Shown: positions 10,413 through 19,613, counted from the stretch's first letter. The stretch: DNA of 64,000 bases from Rubripirellula sp. (GCA_965216875.1 OZ244207.1:3520001-3584000); one strand, 5' to 3'. Notes: generated by a model not told the origin, from the sequence alone. Numbers and translations are program-made.

Positions 10413-11105
10413 CTATGGAAGCCCTGATTTGAGACGGAAGGTTCGTGTATCCCCAGATTGATTCGACTGCCATACCGTTTCCGAATCAATATCCATGCAA
10501 GTCAACCATCGTCCCTTGCACACGCCGGTATCAACGCAGATCGCGTGTCCGTTGGTAGCAGGAAGGCCTGAATCCTGTGACTTGTGACCGCAGATGACAA
10601 TCTTCCCGGAAACATGGCCCGGGAACCCGTTCCAGTAATTCCCCCAATACAACGATGAGTCCGGTTGGGCCGACATCGGCTGTGCATGCGACACAATCCC
10701 ATGAACGAAAATGTGGGTATCGGTCTCGAAGTAGGGCAACAGACGTTTGGAAAGAAACTGCCAATGCTCTGGAGTCACATCGTCAAGCGAGCCAATTCCA
10801 TCGGCATCATCTGTGTATGAAGCCAGTGTTTCGGCCCCCCCAAATTTGTACCATCGTTGCAATTCAGTAACTGACGTTCGTGCATTCAGCATCATCACTT
10901 CGTGGTTACCGCGCAAAGGTGTCAGTCGGCATCGTTGTGACTGATCGATCAACCATTGGATGACCCGCTCGGAATCCGGTCCACGATCAACGTAGTCACC
11001 CAACATCACCAGATGGTCATCAGACGAAACCTCAACAAATGCCACCAAATCAAGCAGCGATTGATAACATCCGTGAACATCTCCGATTGCCAGAATCCGT
11101 CCCAC
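10413..11105 (-). CDS. Calcineurin-like metallophosphoesterase (PPP-type Ser/Thr phosphatase family), cassette
   Basis: GDVHG, GDYVDRG, GNHE, HG, GH and DTG motifs. Confidence 0.9.
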   Translation of the reverse strand: MGRILAIGDVHGCYQSLLDLVAFVEVSSDDHLVMLGDYVDRGPDSERVIQWLIDQSQRCRLTPLRGNHEVMMLNARTSVTELQRWYKFGGAETLASYTDDADGIGSLDDVTPEHWQFLSKRLLPYFETDTHIFVHGIVSHAQPMSAQPDSSLYWGNYWNGFPGHVSGKIVICGHKSQDSGLPATNGHAICVDTGVCKGRWLTCMDIDSETVWQSNQSGDTRTFRLKSGLP

Positions 11106-11116
11106 TTCAATTCATT

Positions 11117-11188
11117 CCCTAACGGTAGCAGTCACCAATCTCAGCAAAACGCCCGGCTGCGCGCCCCTGGTGCACTTTCTCGTTATGT
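11117..11188 (-). repeat. attC-like site (shortened, 72 bp)
   Basis: ccctaac..gtcacca...tggtgcac..gttatgt. Confidence 0.7.
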
Positions 11189-11656
11189 GCTGCTTGGTAG
11201 CCTCCGCTCCGTCGCGCACAACTGCGTGTAGTCACCGAACGTTGGAATGTCGGTCCAATTCTCTGCAACGGATGCCACGGTCTCTTTTTCAATCGCTTTG
11301 CCCGCTCCTTCCTCCACCATCAGAATCTCACCATTGGTCGAGAATGAGAAGGTAACAGATTTCGCAATTCGCGAAGTACATTTTTTGTAAACACGATGTA
11401 TCGCCATTGACAGAAAAATTCGGTCATCCAGGACCTTAAAGTCGTAGTTCAAATACGGCCTTGATTCCTTGTCAAAAAAGTCAACGCTGAACCAACCCTG
11501 GGCAACACTCACAACATGGGTTGGGGAGTCAAGTCCGCCGATTACTGCTGAATAGGGAAGACCTTCTATATGGCGATCATTCGCCTCTTGCGTCGCCAGC
11601 GGCTTGATCGGTTGATTCCGTGCAAAGAACCATTTTTCGCTGTAGGCGAGATTCAT
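11183..11656 (-). CDS. Hypothetical protein, possibly toxin-immunity-like (cassette)
   Basis: 157-aa ORF bounded by two attC-like sites; function is inference only. Confidence 0.6.
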   Translation of the reverse strand: MNLAYSEKWFFARNQPIKPLATQEANDRHIEGLPYSAVIGGLDSPTHVVSVAQGWFSVDFFDKESRPYLNYDFKVLDDRIFLSMAIHRVYKKCTSRIAKSVTFSFSTNGEILMVEEGAGKAIEKETVASVAENWTDIPTFGDYTQLCATERRLPSST

Positions 11657-11680
11657 ACAGGCAATCCCTCACTGCCACGC

Positions 11681-11768
11681 ACAGAACTCGCAAAATCACC
11701 GGGTCCGAGCGGAACGGCAACCACTGCCCGACGGACACGCAAGGACTCCGGTGGATATCTTGCTTGTG
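11681..11768 (-). repeat. attC-like site (degenerate right end)
   Basis: acagaac..aatcaccggg...ccggtgga; core nearly the same as site 17249-17336. Confidence 0.7.
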
Positions 11769-11780
11769 CCATCGTTGGTA

Positions 11781-12233
11781 CTAGTCATACGAAGCGCCGT
11801 AATCTCGATCGGGCGCGATTGCATCTAATAGCGGCACATCCGGTGGCAACGTTTGCGGGGCGCTCGGAAATGCGGTCTTGATCGCAGAAATCACCGCCCT
11901 CTCGGCGCGCGATTGCTTGTCGGAGCCGTCGAGACAAGAATGCACCGCGTTGACGAGGTGGTCAACGGTCATGTGCTCCCAAGGACATGAGTCCAGTGTC
12001 ACCGATTCGGGTATTTCAATGCCGAGGTCATCCTCGATCTGCATCATGATTTCGACAGCATTGAAGTATGTCGCGGTCTGGTCGCAGTTCGCCCTCATCG
12101 CAATTCCGATGTCGCGAAGAGACGCTTGGCACTCGGGACAAGTCGCCTCCAACCGAAGAAATGACCGCACAGGCACGGCGGTTGTTGCGCCACACGCGTC
12201 GCAACAGATATGGAGTGGGTCCTGATATCGCAT
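11781..12233 (-). CDS. Zn-ribbon plus acyl-carrier-like hypothetical protein (cassette)
   Basis: CDAC and CPEC motifs; AVEIMMQIEDDLGIEIP resembles ACP helix II. Confidence 0.55.
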   Translation of the reverse strand: MRYQDPLHICCDACGATTAVPVRSFLRLEATCPECQASLRDIGIAMRANCDQTATYFNAVEIMMQIEDDLGIEIPESVTLDSCPWEHMTVDHLVNAVHSCLDGSDKQSRAERAVISAIKTAFPSAPQTLPPDVPLLDAIAPDRDYGASYD

Positions 12234-12242
12234 CAGTCTATG

Positions 12243-12409
12243 GTGTAACGTCCGAAATCACGGGGATCGCTCCGGAGACGACTCATTTGCAAGCGCGCCA
12301 TGGCGATCTCGCGCATTTCGACGAACATTGCGAATCACATGGCGGCTACGGGCACGGTGAATTCAAAACAGCCCCAAGTTCGCCGCTCATGTGCATTCGA
12401 TGGTTATCC
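12243..12409 (-). repeat. Two abutting attC-like sites (12243-12320 truncated; 12320-12409 intact)
   Basis: gtgtaac..aaatcac...gcgcatttc followed immediately by gacgaac..aatcacat...atgtgcattcgatggttatcc. Confidence 0.75.
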
Positions 12410-12435
12410 GCCGGGCCAAAGCATTTCGGCCGCAT

Positions 12436-12798
12436 TCAGATCCACTGGATGTTGTCAGGGAGTGTATCGTTGTTTGCAATTGAGATGAACGCAGCAAGTG
12501 CGTCGTCATAGGCAATGCACTTCTGTAGATAAAATGCGTCCAATTGTCCATTTTCAAGTCGGATGAGCGTTGTTTCATCATCCGGTGCATTCGGGTTGAA
12601 TGGTTCGGCACCATCCGAACAGCGAAAAACGGTTGCGTGCTCTCCGTTGTAAAGGAAACCCGCGATTGCTTCGTCTTCATGGTGTAGCCAATACGCGGCA
12701 TCCCCAGTCGTTGCAAGCAGTTCCTCAACGATCGCCCCCAGCTTAGAGATGTCGGGTACGGGATATGCCCCAGACTCACATACGATCTGATGTGCCAT
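12436..12798 (-). CDS. Imm1-like immunity protein (cassette)
   Basis: C-terminal LENGQLD...I...ALAAF...LP..IQW pattern recalls the Imm1 family. Confidence 0.55.
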   Translation of the reverse strand: MAHQIVCESGAYPVPDISKLGAIVEELLATTGDAAYWLHHEDEAIAGFLYNGEHATVFRCSDGAEPFNPNAPDDETTLIRLENGQLDAFYLQKCIAYDDALAAFISIANNDTLPDNIQWI

Positions 12799-13004
12799 GA
12801 GTATCTTGCGAGAGGTTTCTCATTTGGAGAGCGGCAGACACCAAGGGGCACGGAGAGTCGACTATCCACTGCGAGATCGCCGCAAGCCGTGCTCCCGAGC
12901 ATGTCAACATTCCCCGTCCTTTTGATGCACTGGAGAACGCCAGTCAACAAGAACCAGCTGCCCCGCAAATTGTAGCAAATGATCAGCGAGATATAGGCAA
13001 TCGT

Positions 13005-13337
13005 TCAAACCGAAGCACGATGTCTGCGACGGGCGCGACGGATGAGGTCCCCGAACATCAGAATATTTGGCGTGACAAAGTAAGTAATGAATGGCCAAAT
13101 TGGCCCACTGAATCCTAAGAACTCAGTTTCGTAAACGATTGGACCGTCGGTGAAGAACTCGGATTCACGCCGTAGTTCAAGCTGCAATGAGACGTACGCG
13201 AAACCGATCGCTGAAGCAGGAACCGCAATCAGGATGCCGTTGAGAATCACGATTGGCCGAATCCACCGTCCACGACGGAGGGAATCAGCGGAAGTTGTCG
13301 TGGCTGGTTCGTACGGATTAGGGTTTGCAGCTGGCAA
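13005..13337 (-). CDS. Small two-TM membrane protein with NPY motif (cassette); start uncertain (TTG)
   Basis: NPNPYEP N-terminal motif common in planctomycete membrane proteins; two hydrophobic segments. Confidence 0.5.
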   Translation of the reverse strand: MPAANPNPYEPATTTSADSLRRGRWIRPIVILNGILIAVPASAIGFAYVSLQLELRRESEFFTDGPIVYETEFLGFSGPIWPFITYFVTPNILMFGDLIRRARRRHRASV

Positions 13338-13369
13338 GTTCGTCAGTCGTTGCAGCAAGTAGTTTTGTC

Positions 13370-13459
13370 GGATAACGCCACGGATCAGCGGGGACCGGGG
13401 ATTGAGGATCCATCGGTGAAAACGGACCACCGGCCCAACGTTGCATCCGATCGTCGCAG
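13370..13459 (-). repeat. attC-like site
   Basis: ggataac..ggatcagcg...cgttgcatcc..gtcgcag, 90 bp. Confidence 0.75.
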
Positions 13460-13472
13460 GCATGATGACGTG

Positions 13473-13901
13473 TCAAAGTGCGTCCCGAAGCAGCATGAGT
13501 TTCTTGTCGATGTTCTCGTCGAACCAAGCTCCGTCATCGGCATGAATTGTACCAAAGTGAGTCGCACTCTCTCCGGTCGTGTCGAATAGCCAACCACCGG
13601 CATAGAGCAGTTGGTGTAGTTCAACGCCCTCCGACATGAGTGTGACTGCTTCGGCCTGTGCCGGCATGGTCGCTGTATAAGGAGCCCATCTTGCGTTGCG
13701 GCAAGTCTCGATGAAGCGTTTGACATCCCGGCGTTTGTCGAGTGTCAGTTCATCAATTTGTATCGTGTCGATGGTGTCCAACTCCGCGAGAAACCTCGGT
13801 TGCGAAGTTGAGCCGATGGCAGATTTAGACATTGTACTCGTCGAGATGCAACCACCAACCAATGGCACGAAGCAGACAAGTATGAATCGAAGACGTGACA
13901 T
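13473..13901 (-). CDS. Hypothetical lipoprotein (cassette)
   Basis: MSRLRFILVCFVPLVGGC lipobox-like N-terminus; GAGGGA upstream. Confidence 0.6.
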   Translation of the reverse strand: MSRLRFILVCFVPLVGGCISTSTMSKSAIGSTSQPRFLAELDTIDTIQIDELTLDKRRDVKRFIETCRNARWAPYTATMPAQAEAVTLMSEGVELHQLLYAGGWLFDTTGESATHFGTIHADDGAWFDENIDKKLMLLRDAL

Positions 13902-13911
13902 TCCCTCGTCC

Positions 13912-14002
13912 ATCCAACGCGACGGATCACGCGGTCGCCGCGAGCGATCCTCAACTTCAAAAACCACGACTCGGCGACTCGTCGTGCATCCGATGATTAT
14001 TC
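13912..14002 (-). repeat. attC-like site
   Basis: atccaac..ggatcacg..gtcgccg...cggcgac..cgtgcatcc..attattc, 91 bp. Confidence 0.75.
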
Positions 14003-14419
14003 TCCCTCGTCAGCAAAAAAGTGTGCCATTTGCGATTCGTCCCATTCGTGGGTTGTTGATGCGTCGGCGGGTGGCGGGAAGCCAGTGCGACAGCAACCCA
14101 CGCTGTCAGCGAAATTGTAAACCGCATGGGGGTAGGAATTGATAAAGAGCGCAGCCTTCATTCCATCACCGGACCAAATGATATGCATCTCTGAAGGCTT
14201 GTCTCGATCGGCGACAGATTGAACGTTGTAAATGTGAAGTGCATCAACGATGGGATTGTCTACCTTCTCCCTATCGAGAGCGTAGAAGTACCCGGTCTCG
14301 CCATCGTCTTCGAAAACGGCTTGATACCGTCCGATTGAAGAATCCGATTGCACGACGCTCTCGACGCCGACAGAGAGCGTTTCATTGGTTACGACACTGG
14401 CGGCGAGTCGAGGTGGCAT
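13997..14419 (-). CDS. DUF2251-like protein (cassette)
   Basis: VFEDDGETGYFYALD...DALHIYNV...WSGDG...CRTGFPPP motifs. Confidence 0.75.
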   Translation of the reverse strand: MPPRLAASVVTNETLSVGVESVVQSDSSIGRYQAVFEDDGETGYFYALDREKVDNPIVDALHIYNVQSVADRDKPSEMHIIWSGDGMKAALFINSYPHAVYNFADSVGCCRTGFPPPADASTTHEWDESQMAHFFADEGE

Positions 14420-14489
14420 ATCATTTATCCGCGAAGGTTGAGTGTGTGATGAAGGCGACGGGACATTGGCTAAATCCGGTAGAAACCAT

Positions 14490-15050
14490 GCGGAACGGGC
14501 GAATGACCTGCAAGCAGAGCAATAACCCTCACTCCCGTCCTCGTGTGGAATTCATTGTTCTGTGCGGTTTGTTCGTTTGGTTCCTGGAGCGAAACAAAGC
14601 TGCGATCCGTGAAACCAATGACGGTCTCCGAGGCCACAATGAGCGAAACGCCAGGCGGTCGGTCTTGCGATCACAGAAGTCTTCGAATCTACCAATCTTA
14701 TTGATCACGTCCATGAGCTCGAAAATTTCAGTGTGCGTTCGGCCAAAGCAACACGTCAAAGAATGTGGCTGCGTGGCGAGCATCCGCGTATAGAGCAACG
14801 GAGGCAAATACGGTTGCCACCAGATCACATCCCCGGTGGTCGTGAACGAACCTTGCCACAAGGCGATCCGCCACATCGTTGTCGGATCGGGAATCCGGTT
14901 CGATCAATTCGTAGATTCGTTCGATCAGACAAGTCATCGGTCAAACAAAAGGCAAGGGATTCCTAACCCACAACGGTACAGTCCGCGAGTTTCCACTTTC
15001 CATTGTAGAACACCCGGCTATCGCGACTTGGGTGCACCGCGTGGTTCGCG
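14490..15050 (-). pseudogene. Degraded cassette (only fragmentary ORFs) with shortened attC at 14490-14563
   Basis: No ORF spans the cassette; fragments such as 14728-14937; damaged flanking sites. Confidence 0.4.
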
Positions 15051-15145
15051 GATTAACAATTCGCTCGTGCAGCGGATAGGAAACGATCCAGCGATCATCC
15101 ATTTCAAAATCACGCACAAGACGGACTTCGCATGCATCGCATTGG

Positions 15146-15793
15146 TTATCCCGCGTTCGCAAAAAGTTCGTTCACAACGGAGAGCTGTTTGGGTTGAGGA
15201 GCGAGCTGACGATTCCCATCAAAAAAGGGTTCCAATATCCAATGCTCAGGTCCAATGTATCCAATTTGAGACCAAGCCTCAAAAAAACTATTCAATGGCA
15301 TGTTGAACGTGAACGAATCCGCGTCGTGCGATAGGTAATTCACCGAGGCAGTCTCTAAGTCCAGCCCAAGATAGTCACCATTGCGAAGCGCCATGAATGG
15401 AAGGGTGTTAAGCCAAAACGCCTGATCTTGCCGAAATTCATCATCATTGAGCCATGATGATACCGCGAAGTTTCGGCATTGCTTCAAGTTACCTGTTAGT
15501 AAATCGACATCAATCACGACACCGCCATGAATAAAGTCTCCGAGTCCGATTTGGCCCGCAACTTCAACCAATGGTTCTGGCAGTTCCCATCCGTAGTTGA
15601 AGGAAAGTGCGGCAGTCTTTGTGAGAAGTTCTTTTAAGCCCGTCGGAATTTCAAAACCTAGATCAGTTTCAACTGAGGCTAGGCGTTCCATGGTAGCAGC
15701 AGGGGATTGGCGGAGTGCGAGAGAGTCAAACTCGCCGGGAAGTTCGCCAAGTTTGCCGTGGAATGCTTCGATGTTGTCGGGGATTGGTTTCAT
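15146..15793 (-). CDS. SMI1/KNR4 (SUKH) family immunity-like protein (cassette)
   Basis: PAATMERLASVETDLGFEIPTGLKELL and NGDYLGLD...VNYLSHD motifs. Confidence 0.8.
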   Translation of the reverse strand: MKPIPDNIEAFHGKLGELPGEFDSLALRQSPAATMERLASVETDLGFEIPTGLKELLTKTAALSFNYGWELPEPLVEVAGQIGLGDFIHGGVVIDVDLLTGNLKQCRNFAVSSWLNDDEFRQDQAFWLNTLPFMALRNGDYLGLDLETASVNYLSHDADSFTFNMPLNSFFEAWSQIGYIGPEHWILEPFFDGNRQLAPQPKQLSVVNELFANAG

Positions 15794-15798
15794 GAGCG

Positions 15799-15887
15799 GG
15801 ATAACGGCGGCGTTGACCGGGCGACGCCATGGTGGTGTCCATTTCAATCCGTCTCATGCATCGCTCCGGTCCAACACATGGTTCCCT
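15799..15887 (-). repeat. attC-like site
   Basis: ggataac..gttgaccgg...ccggtccaac..gttccct, 89 bp. Confidence 0.85.
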
Positions 15888-16035
15888 GCTACATCGACCG
15901 TGCCAGCATCGCTCAGATAGTAAATCGGGTGACAAGCTTGCGGTGTAATCCGTAGATGAGCTCATGAAGCACAAGGGGCGATTACATAGCGCAAAGATCC
16001 TCAGCACACAGTCAACAAGGAAACGCCAATAACTC

Positions 16036-16126
16036 GGGGAACGGAGGACATCACGGGGGACGATGAGTTTGGCCTTCATTCTAGCAAACGCCGGGAGGCC
16101 TCCTCCCGCGCATGTCATGGTTCAGC
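16036..16126 (-). repeat. attC-like site
   Basis: ggggaac..gacatcacggg...cccgcgcatgtc..gttcagc, 91 bp. Confidence 0.85.
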
Positions 16127-16792
16127 CTCGGTGTTAACGATTGCATTCAGTTTGCCTTGATACTCTGCGGCCAGAGCATCATCCCCCTTTTTGTTGGCAA
16201 TCAGGATGCCCGCCTCGTATGCGCTGGGATCGTTGGGAAATCCGGTGAGTAGTTTCTGCACGTCCGACTCTGCGTCCGCAATTCTGTCCAGTTTCACCAT
16301 CGCCTCCACGCGAAATCGCAGATTCTGTGCATGAACAGAAGTGTCCGCACAAGCGTCATTTGCCGCATCGAGATACGGGATCGCGTCCTGGTACTTTTTC
16401 AAGAGCACAGCATCTCGGCCCAATGCATGGTTCGCACCACAGTGTTTTGGATCAACCGCTAAGGCTTCACGATAGTGGACGTCCGCCTGTTCCAATTCTC
16501 GCTGTTTCCAGTAGCAATCGCCCAAAGAAGCGTAATTGGTCGCCGTTGGAGATCGATCAACCAACTGCTGAAACAGTTTTACTGCTTCGTCATACTGCTC
16601 GGCGTCGAGACGCTCCTCAGCCAATTCAAGTAGTTGGCCCGCGCTAAGTTCAGCGACAACATCGAGAGACGCAGTTTCTCCCGGTGCAACGCCGTTGGCA
16701 GTACGACTTGAATCGCCACTACAGCCACAGCAGAGGGATAGGGTGGCGATCAAACAGACTTCGGATATGCGTGTGCGTCGAGCAGGATGCAT
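16115..16792 (-). CDS. TPR-repeat lipoprotein (cassette)
   Basis: TPR helices (YASLGDCYW, ANHALGRDA); Cys lipobox-like N-terminus; stop lies inside attC. Confidence 0.8.
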   Translation of the reverse strand: MHPARRTRISEVCLIATLSLCCGCSGDSSRTANGVAPGETASLDVVAELSAGQLLELAEERLDAEQYDEAVKLFQQLVDRSPTATNYASLGDCYWKQRELEQADVHYREALAVDPKHCGANHALGRDAVLLKKYQDAIPYLDAANDACADTSVHAQNLRFRVEAMVKLDRIADAESDVQKLLTGFPNDPSAYEAGILIANKKGDDALAAEYQGKLNAIVNTEAEP

Positions 16793-16827
16793 GATGCTGT
16801 CCTAAAAGTGTTGACAAAGTTTCTTTG

Positions 16828-16918
16828 GCCGAACGACCCGAGTCACCGGGCCCCGTAAGGTGAGCATCCATTCGTGAAAACGATCCCACGGGCCTCCGTG
16901 TACACGCGATGGTTATGC
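16828..16918 (-). repeat. attC-like site
   Basis: gccgaac...gttatgc, 91 bp; same subfamily as 19036-19126 and 20857-20946 (agcatccatt loop). Confidence 0.85.
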
Positions 16919-16926
16919 CTCAGTCT

Positions 16927-17184
16927 TCATCCTTGCGTTGTCAGGTAACAGTGCGACAAATTCGCCCCAGTTCTTACACAACACGTTCGCGTGATCGCTA
17001 ACGTAGGGAAACGCAGATGCCCATATCGCGCCCGATTCAACCGTTTCGCTTCGGTGAGAAACACACCACAGGAGTCGATGATCGTTTTAATGGCGGCCAA
17101 ACGCTCTCCAGCAATGATGAGAGCGTCTATCTCATCTCGCTGCGATTGCATGAGCGCATCAAATTCAGGTGTCGTGCTTGACAT
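16927..17184 (-). CDS. Small hypothetical protein (cassette)
   Basis: 85-aa ORF between two attC-like sites. Confidence 0.5.
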   Translation of the reverse strand: MSSTTPEFDALMQSQRDEIDALIIAGERLAAIKTIIDSCGVFLTEAKRLNRARYGHLRFPTLAITRTCCVRTGANLSHCYLTTQG

Positions 17185-17248
17185 AGCGTGATCGAGTTAT
17201 AACCCATTCGAGAATCTCGAAAGGCGAGTTAATAGGATCGTAGTAGTC

Positions 17249-17336
17249 GCAGAACGGCAATGTTTACCGGGTCCGAGCGGAAAGGCAACCATTACCCAAC
17301 AGCAACTCGAGACTCCGGTACGTCACATGGTCATAC
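17249..17336 (-). repeat. attC-like site
   Basis: gcagaac...gtcatac, 88 bp. Confidence 0.75.
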
Positions 17337-17351
17337 CGCCATTCAGTGGTG

Positions 17352-17442
17352 GGATAACCTTCCGCATCAGCGGGCGGCGGGAGTCGAGTCACCGTTTATT
17401 CAAACGTCTCCACTGCCATTCCGTTGCATGCGATGGTCCGCC
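17352..17442 (-). repeat. attC-like site
   Basis: ggataac..gcatcagcgg...ccgttgcatgc..gtccgcc, 91 bp. Confidence 0.8.
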
Positions 17443-17765
17443 GCGATTTCTGCGTCTAGGGTTGCATTCGGTTCAACACCGGCTGACCGAAGCCCTGACT
17501 TCCATGCAGCGTGCACCAAGTAGAGCATTGCGATTTGCGGGGCCCAGCAACAGGCAGTCCCAGGCACAACAGCGAACGCTGACCTTGGAGAGTCGAAAAT
17601 AGCCGAAACTGAATACGCGATGCATATCATGCCGGCCAAAACAACAACAGCTATGCGGTATCGGATTAGACGCGTGCGGCCGTAACGAGAAAGCCCGAAA
17701 GCAATCGCAGGTCCGAAAAAATAGGTGAATGCAAGTGTTATTAAAGTCCCGGGCAATCCAAGCAT
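17400..17765 (-). CDS. Membrane protein (cassette)
   Basis: Three hydrophobic segments; C-terminus reads into the attC site. Confidence 0.5.
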   Translation of the reverse strand: MLGLPGTLITLAFTYFFGPAIAFGLSRYGRTRLIRYRIAVVVLAGMICIAYSVSAIFDSPRSAFAVVPGTACCWAPQIAMLYLVHAAWKSGLRSAGVEPNATLDAEIAADHRMQRNGSGDV

Positions 17766-17870
17766 TCGGGCAAACGCGAGAACGCATGCCAGAACCGTAG
17801 TGGCAACGATCAGGTGCCAAATACGGAATTGGGTCGGTTCAAGGCGTACGTTCAGTTGGCTACTCCAGTC

Positions 17871-17962
17871 GGCGAACGACCGCGATAACCGAGTCGCGGG
17901 AGTTGATTGTCCATTGCGAAGTCGCCCGACTACCGCGACTTCGGTTCATCGCTTGGTTCGCC
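17871..17962 (-). repeat. attC-like site
   Basis: ggcgaac..gcgataaccgagtcgcgg...ccgcgacttcggttcatcgc..gttcgcc, 92 bp, near-perfect stem. Confidence 0.9.
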
Positions 17963-18496
17963 GCGATTTTCAAAATAGGTGCGAGTGACGTAGTCCGATT
18001 CTCGATAGTCAACATGGCACTCGATGCACGATCCGATTTTACCAGACGCGAATACCCGCCTCGATGTGCCATCGACAATCGAGTATTCCCAGTCGCCATG
18101 CTCGCGATCGTATCCAGTCGGCATTTTTCGCATCACGGTATAAATTTCAATCTTTGGTTTGTCCTTGTCAGGTAGCTTTGCTTTTACGATTAGCGAGTCG
18201 ACAGGATATACGCCACTTCCACTGATCATTGTTTTCTTTGCAGTTTCGTTGACGTAGACGTTGCAATATGCGGTCCGGATGAAACCTTCGTGCAAATTGT
18301 GAGGAAGTTCGATTGGCGGGCGGCAAAGAGCGGCCGTTGAATCAAACATTGGATGCGGCTCTTCGGTGACAAGGTGCAACGATTTCAGATTCGTAATGAC
18401 TGAAACGAGTGCAGAATCATGGGTGCTGTTCTCTGCGGCCAATGCATGGATCGCTGCGATGAAAAGCAAACCAGTAAAGATGAGTAGGTATCTCAT
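17930..18496 (-). CDS. Cytochrome P460-family protein (cassette)
   Basis: Signal peptide; YPVDSLIVK, VMRK, GDWEY and a C-terminal CIECH heme motif. Confidence 0.8.
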   Translation of the reverse strand: MRYLLIFTGLLFIAAIHALAAENSTHDSALVSVITNLKSLHLVTEEPHPMFDSTAALCRPPIELPHNLHEGFIRTAYCNVYVNETAKKTMISGSGVYPVDSLIVKAKLPDKDKPKIEIYTVMRKMPTGYDREHGDWEYSIVDGTSRRVFASGKIGSCIECHVDYRESDYVTRTYFENRGEPSDEPKSR

Positions 18497-18512
18497 TGGA
18501 TCTTTCCCCGTC

Positions 18513-18602
18513 GGCGAACGACTGGGATAACCGGGCCGCCGAGGTTGATGCTCCATTTGAAAACGCGATGTCGGCGGCTACGTGTGCATGCCTTGGTTAT
18601 CT
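18513..18602 (-). repeat. attC-like site
   Basis: ggcgaac...gccgccga...tcggcggc...gtgcat..gttatct, 90 bp. Confidence 0.85.
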
Positions 18603-18655
18603 GGCCTCAGTGCGATCGAAACGAACTGAAGCCGACGTCCAAGCTGGGCAACCAA

Positions 18656-18943
18656 TTACTCGGTTGTTGACGTTGGGCCGTGCGATCCGCCATCAACGAA
18701 CATGTGTGTTGATTGCCAATAGTATCGACAGTCCTTGTCTTCGTTCAAACTGTTCAACCTCATGACTTCGTTTTGAGCCTCCCTAGCATCGAAAACGATT
18801 TCTTTGACCTTTACGTTTGCGGGACCCGGTGCAGGCAATGTCTCGCCATCAATTGTGTATTCGTCAACGTGGCCTTCATTTCCCCAGTTGTCGACGCGAA
18901 TGACCGCATAGCCCTGTTTGTAGGTTGGTTGTTGTTCTGACAT
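18656..18943 (-). CDS. Hypothetical protein (cassette)
   Basis: 95-aa ORF (MSEQQPTYKQGYAVIRVD) between attC sites. Confidence 0.55.
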   Translation of the reverse strand: MSEQQPTYKQGYAVIRVDNWGNEGHVDEYTIDGETLPAPGPANVKVKEIVFDAREAQNEVMRLNSLNEDKDCRYYWQSTHMFVDGGSHGPTSTTE

Positions 18944-19035
18944 AAGAGCAAGGCGATTTGCGGCAGCGCGGCAAGGGAATCGTAGGCCGCCAAATCGCAT
19001 CTGCGTTGCGTAAACGGAGAATTGAAACCTGGGCC

Positions 19036-19126
19036 AAATAGCGTCACGCGTCACCGGGGCCCGTGAGTTGAGCATCCATTGGAGAAAACCAACCAACGGG
19101 CCTCCGCGTGCACGCGATGGTTACCC
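19036..19126 (-). repeat. attC-like site
   Basis: aaatagc (AAC changed to AGC)..cgcgtcac...gtgcacgcg..gttaccc, 91 bp. Confidence 0.85.
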
Positions 19127-19585
19127 CTTCGGTTTTTTGCGGTGCACGCCAATTTTCTCATGTATTTGATTGGGGTCTTCACCAGTCTGAATGTAATCAT
19201 AAATCAACTTGTCTGGATCGCCGGCGTAACTCCATGTGCGACCGCTGGTCAGACGGACGTAGTCCAAAGGTACGTCTGAGTCTTGAATTTCAGCAATGGT
19301 GACCTCCCAGTCGACGATGATAAACGATTGCAGCTGCTCGAATGTCCAAGCGTAGTGTTCGGGAACGGCGAGACGATCATATTCGTCACGCAGATCGTGC
19401 CATCCAGTTGGCCATTCACCCGAAGTGCGTATGTGATCAATGATGAATATTGCAGTCCAGTCTGAAGCGTATGCTTCACGCGGGTTAGGAAGCACTTGCT
19501 TGACGAACGACAACGCTTTTGCAATTCCGAATGCGGCAATCGCACATGTAGTCAACGCCACGACAGTAATCAAGACGGGTCGCAT
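19121..19585 (-). CDS. Membrane-anchored hypothetical protein (cassette)
   Basis: N-terminal TM segment; stop in the attC box; AGGAG upstream. Confidence 0.65.
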   Translation of the reverse strand: MRPVLITVVALTTCAIAAFGIAKALSFVKQVLPNPREAYASDWTAIFIIDHIRTSGEWPTGWHDLRDEYDRLAVPEHYAWTFEQLQSFIIVDWEVTIAEIQDSDVPLDYVRLTSGRTWSYAGDPDKLIYDYIQTGEDPNQIHEKIGVHRKKPKG

Positions 19586-19613
19586 GGAATGTCAGCTCGG
19601 GTGCTCCTAGTTG

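Noticed and set aside
12800..13004. Expected attC between ORFs 13005-13337 and 12436-12798
   Set aside because: No recognisable end boxes or hairpin; either lost or a two-gene cassette.
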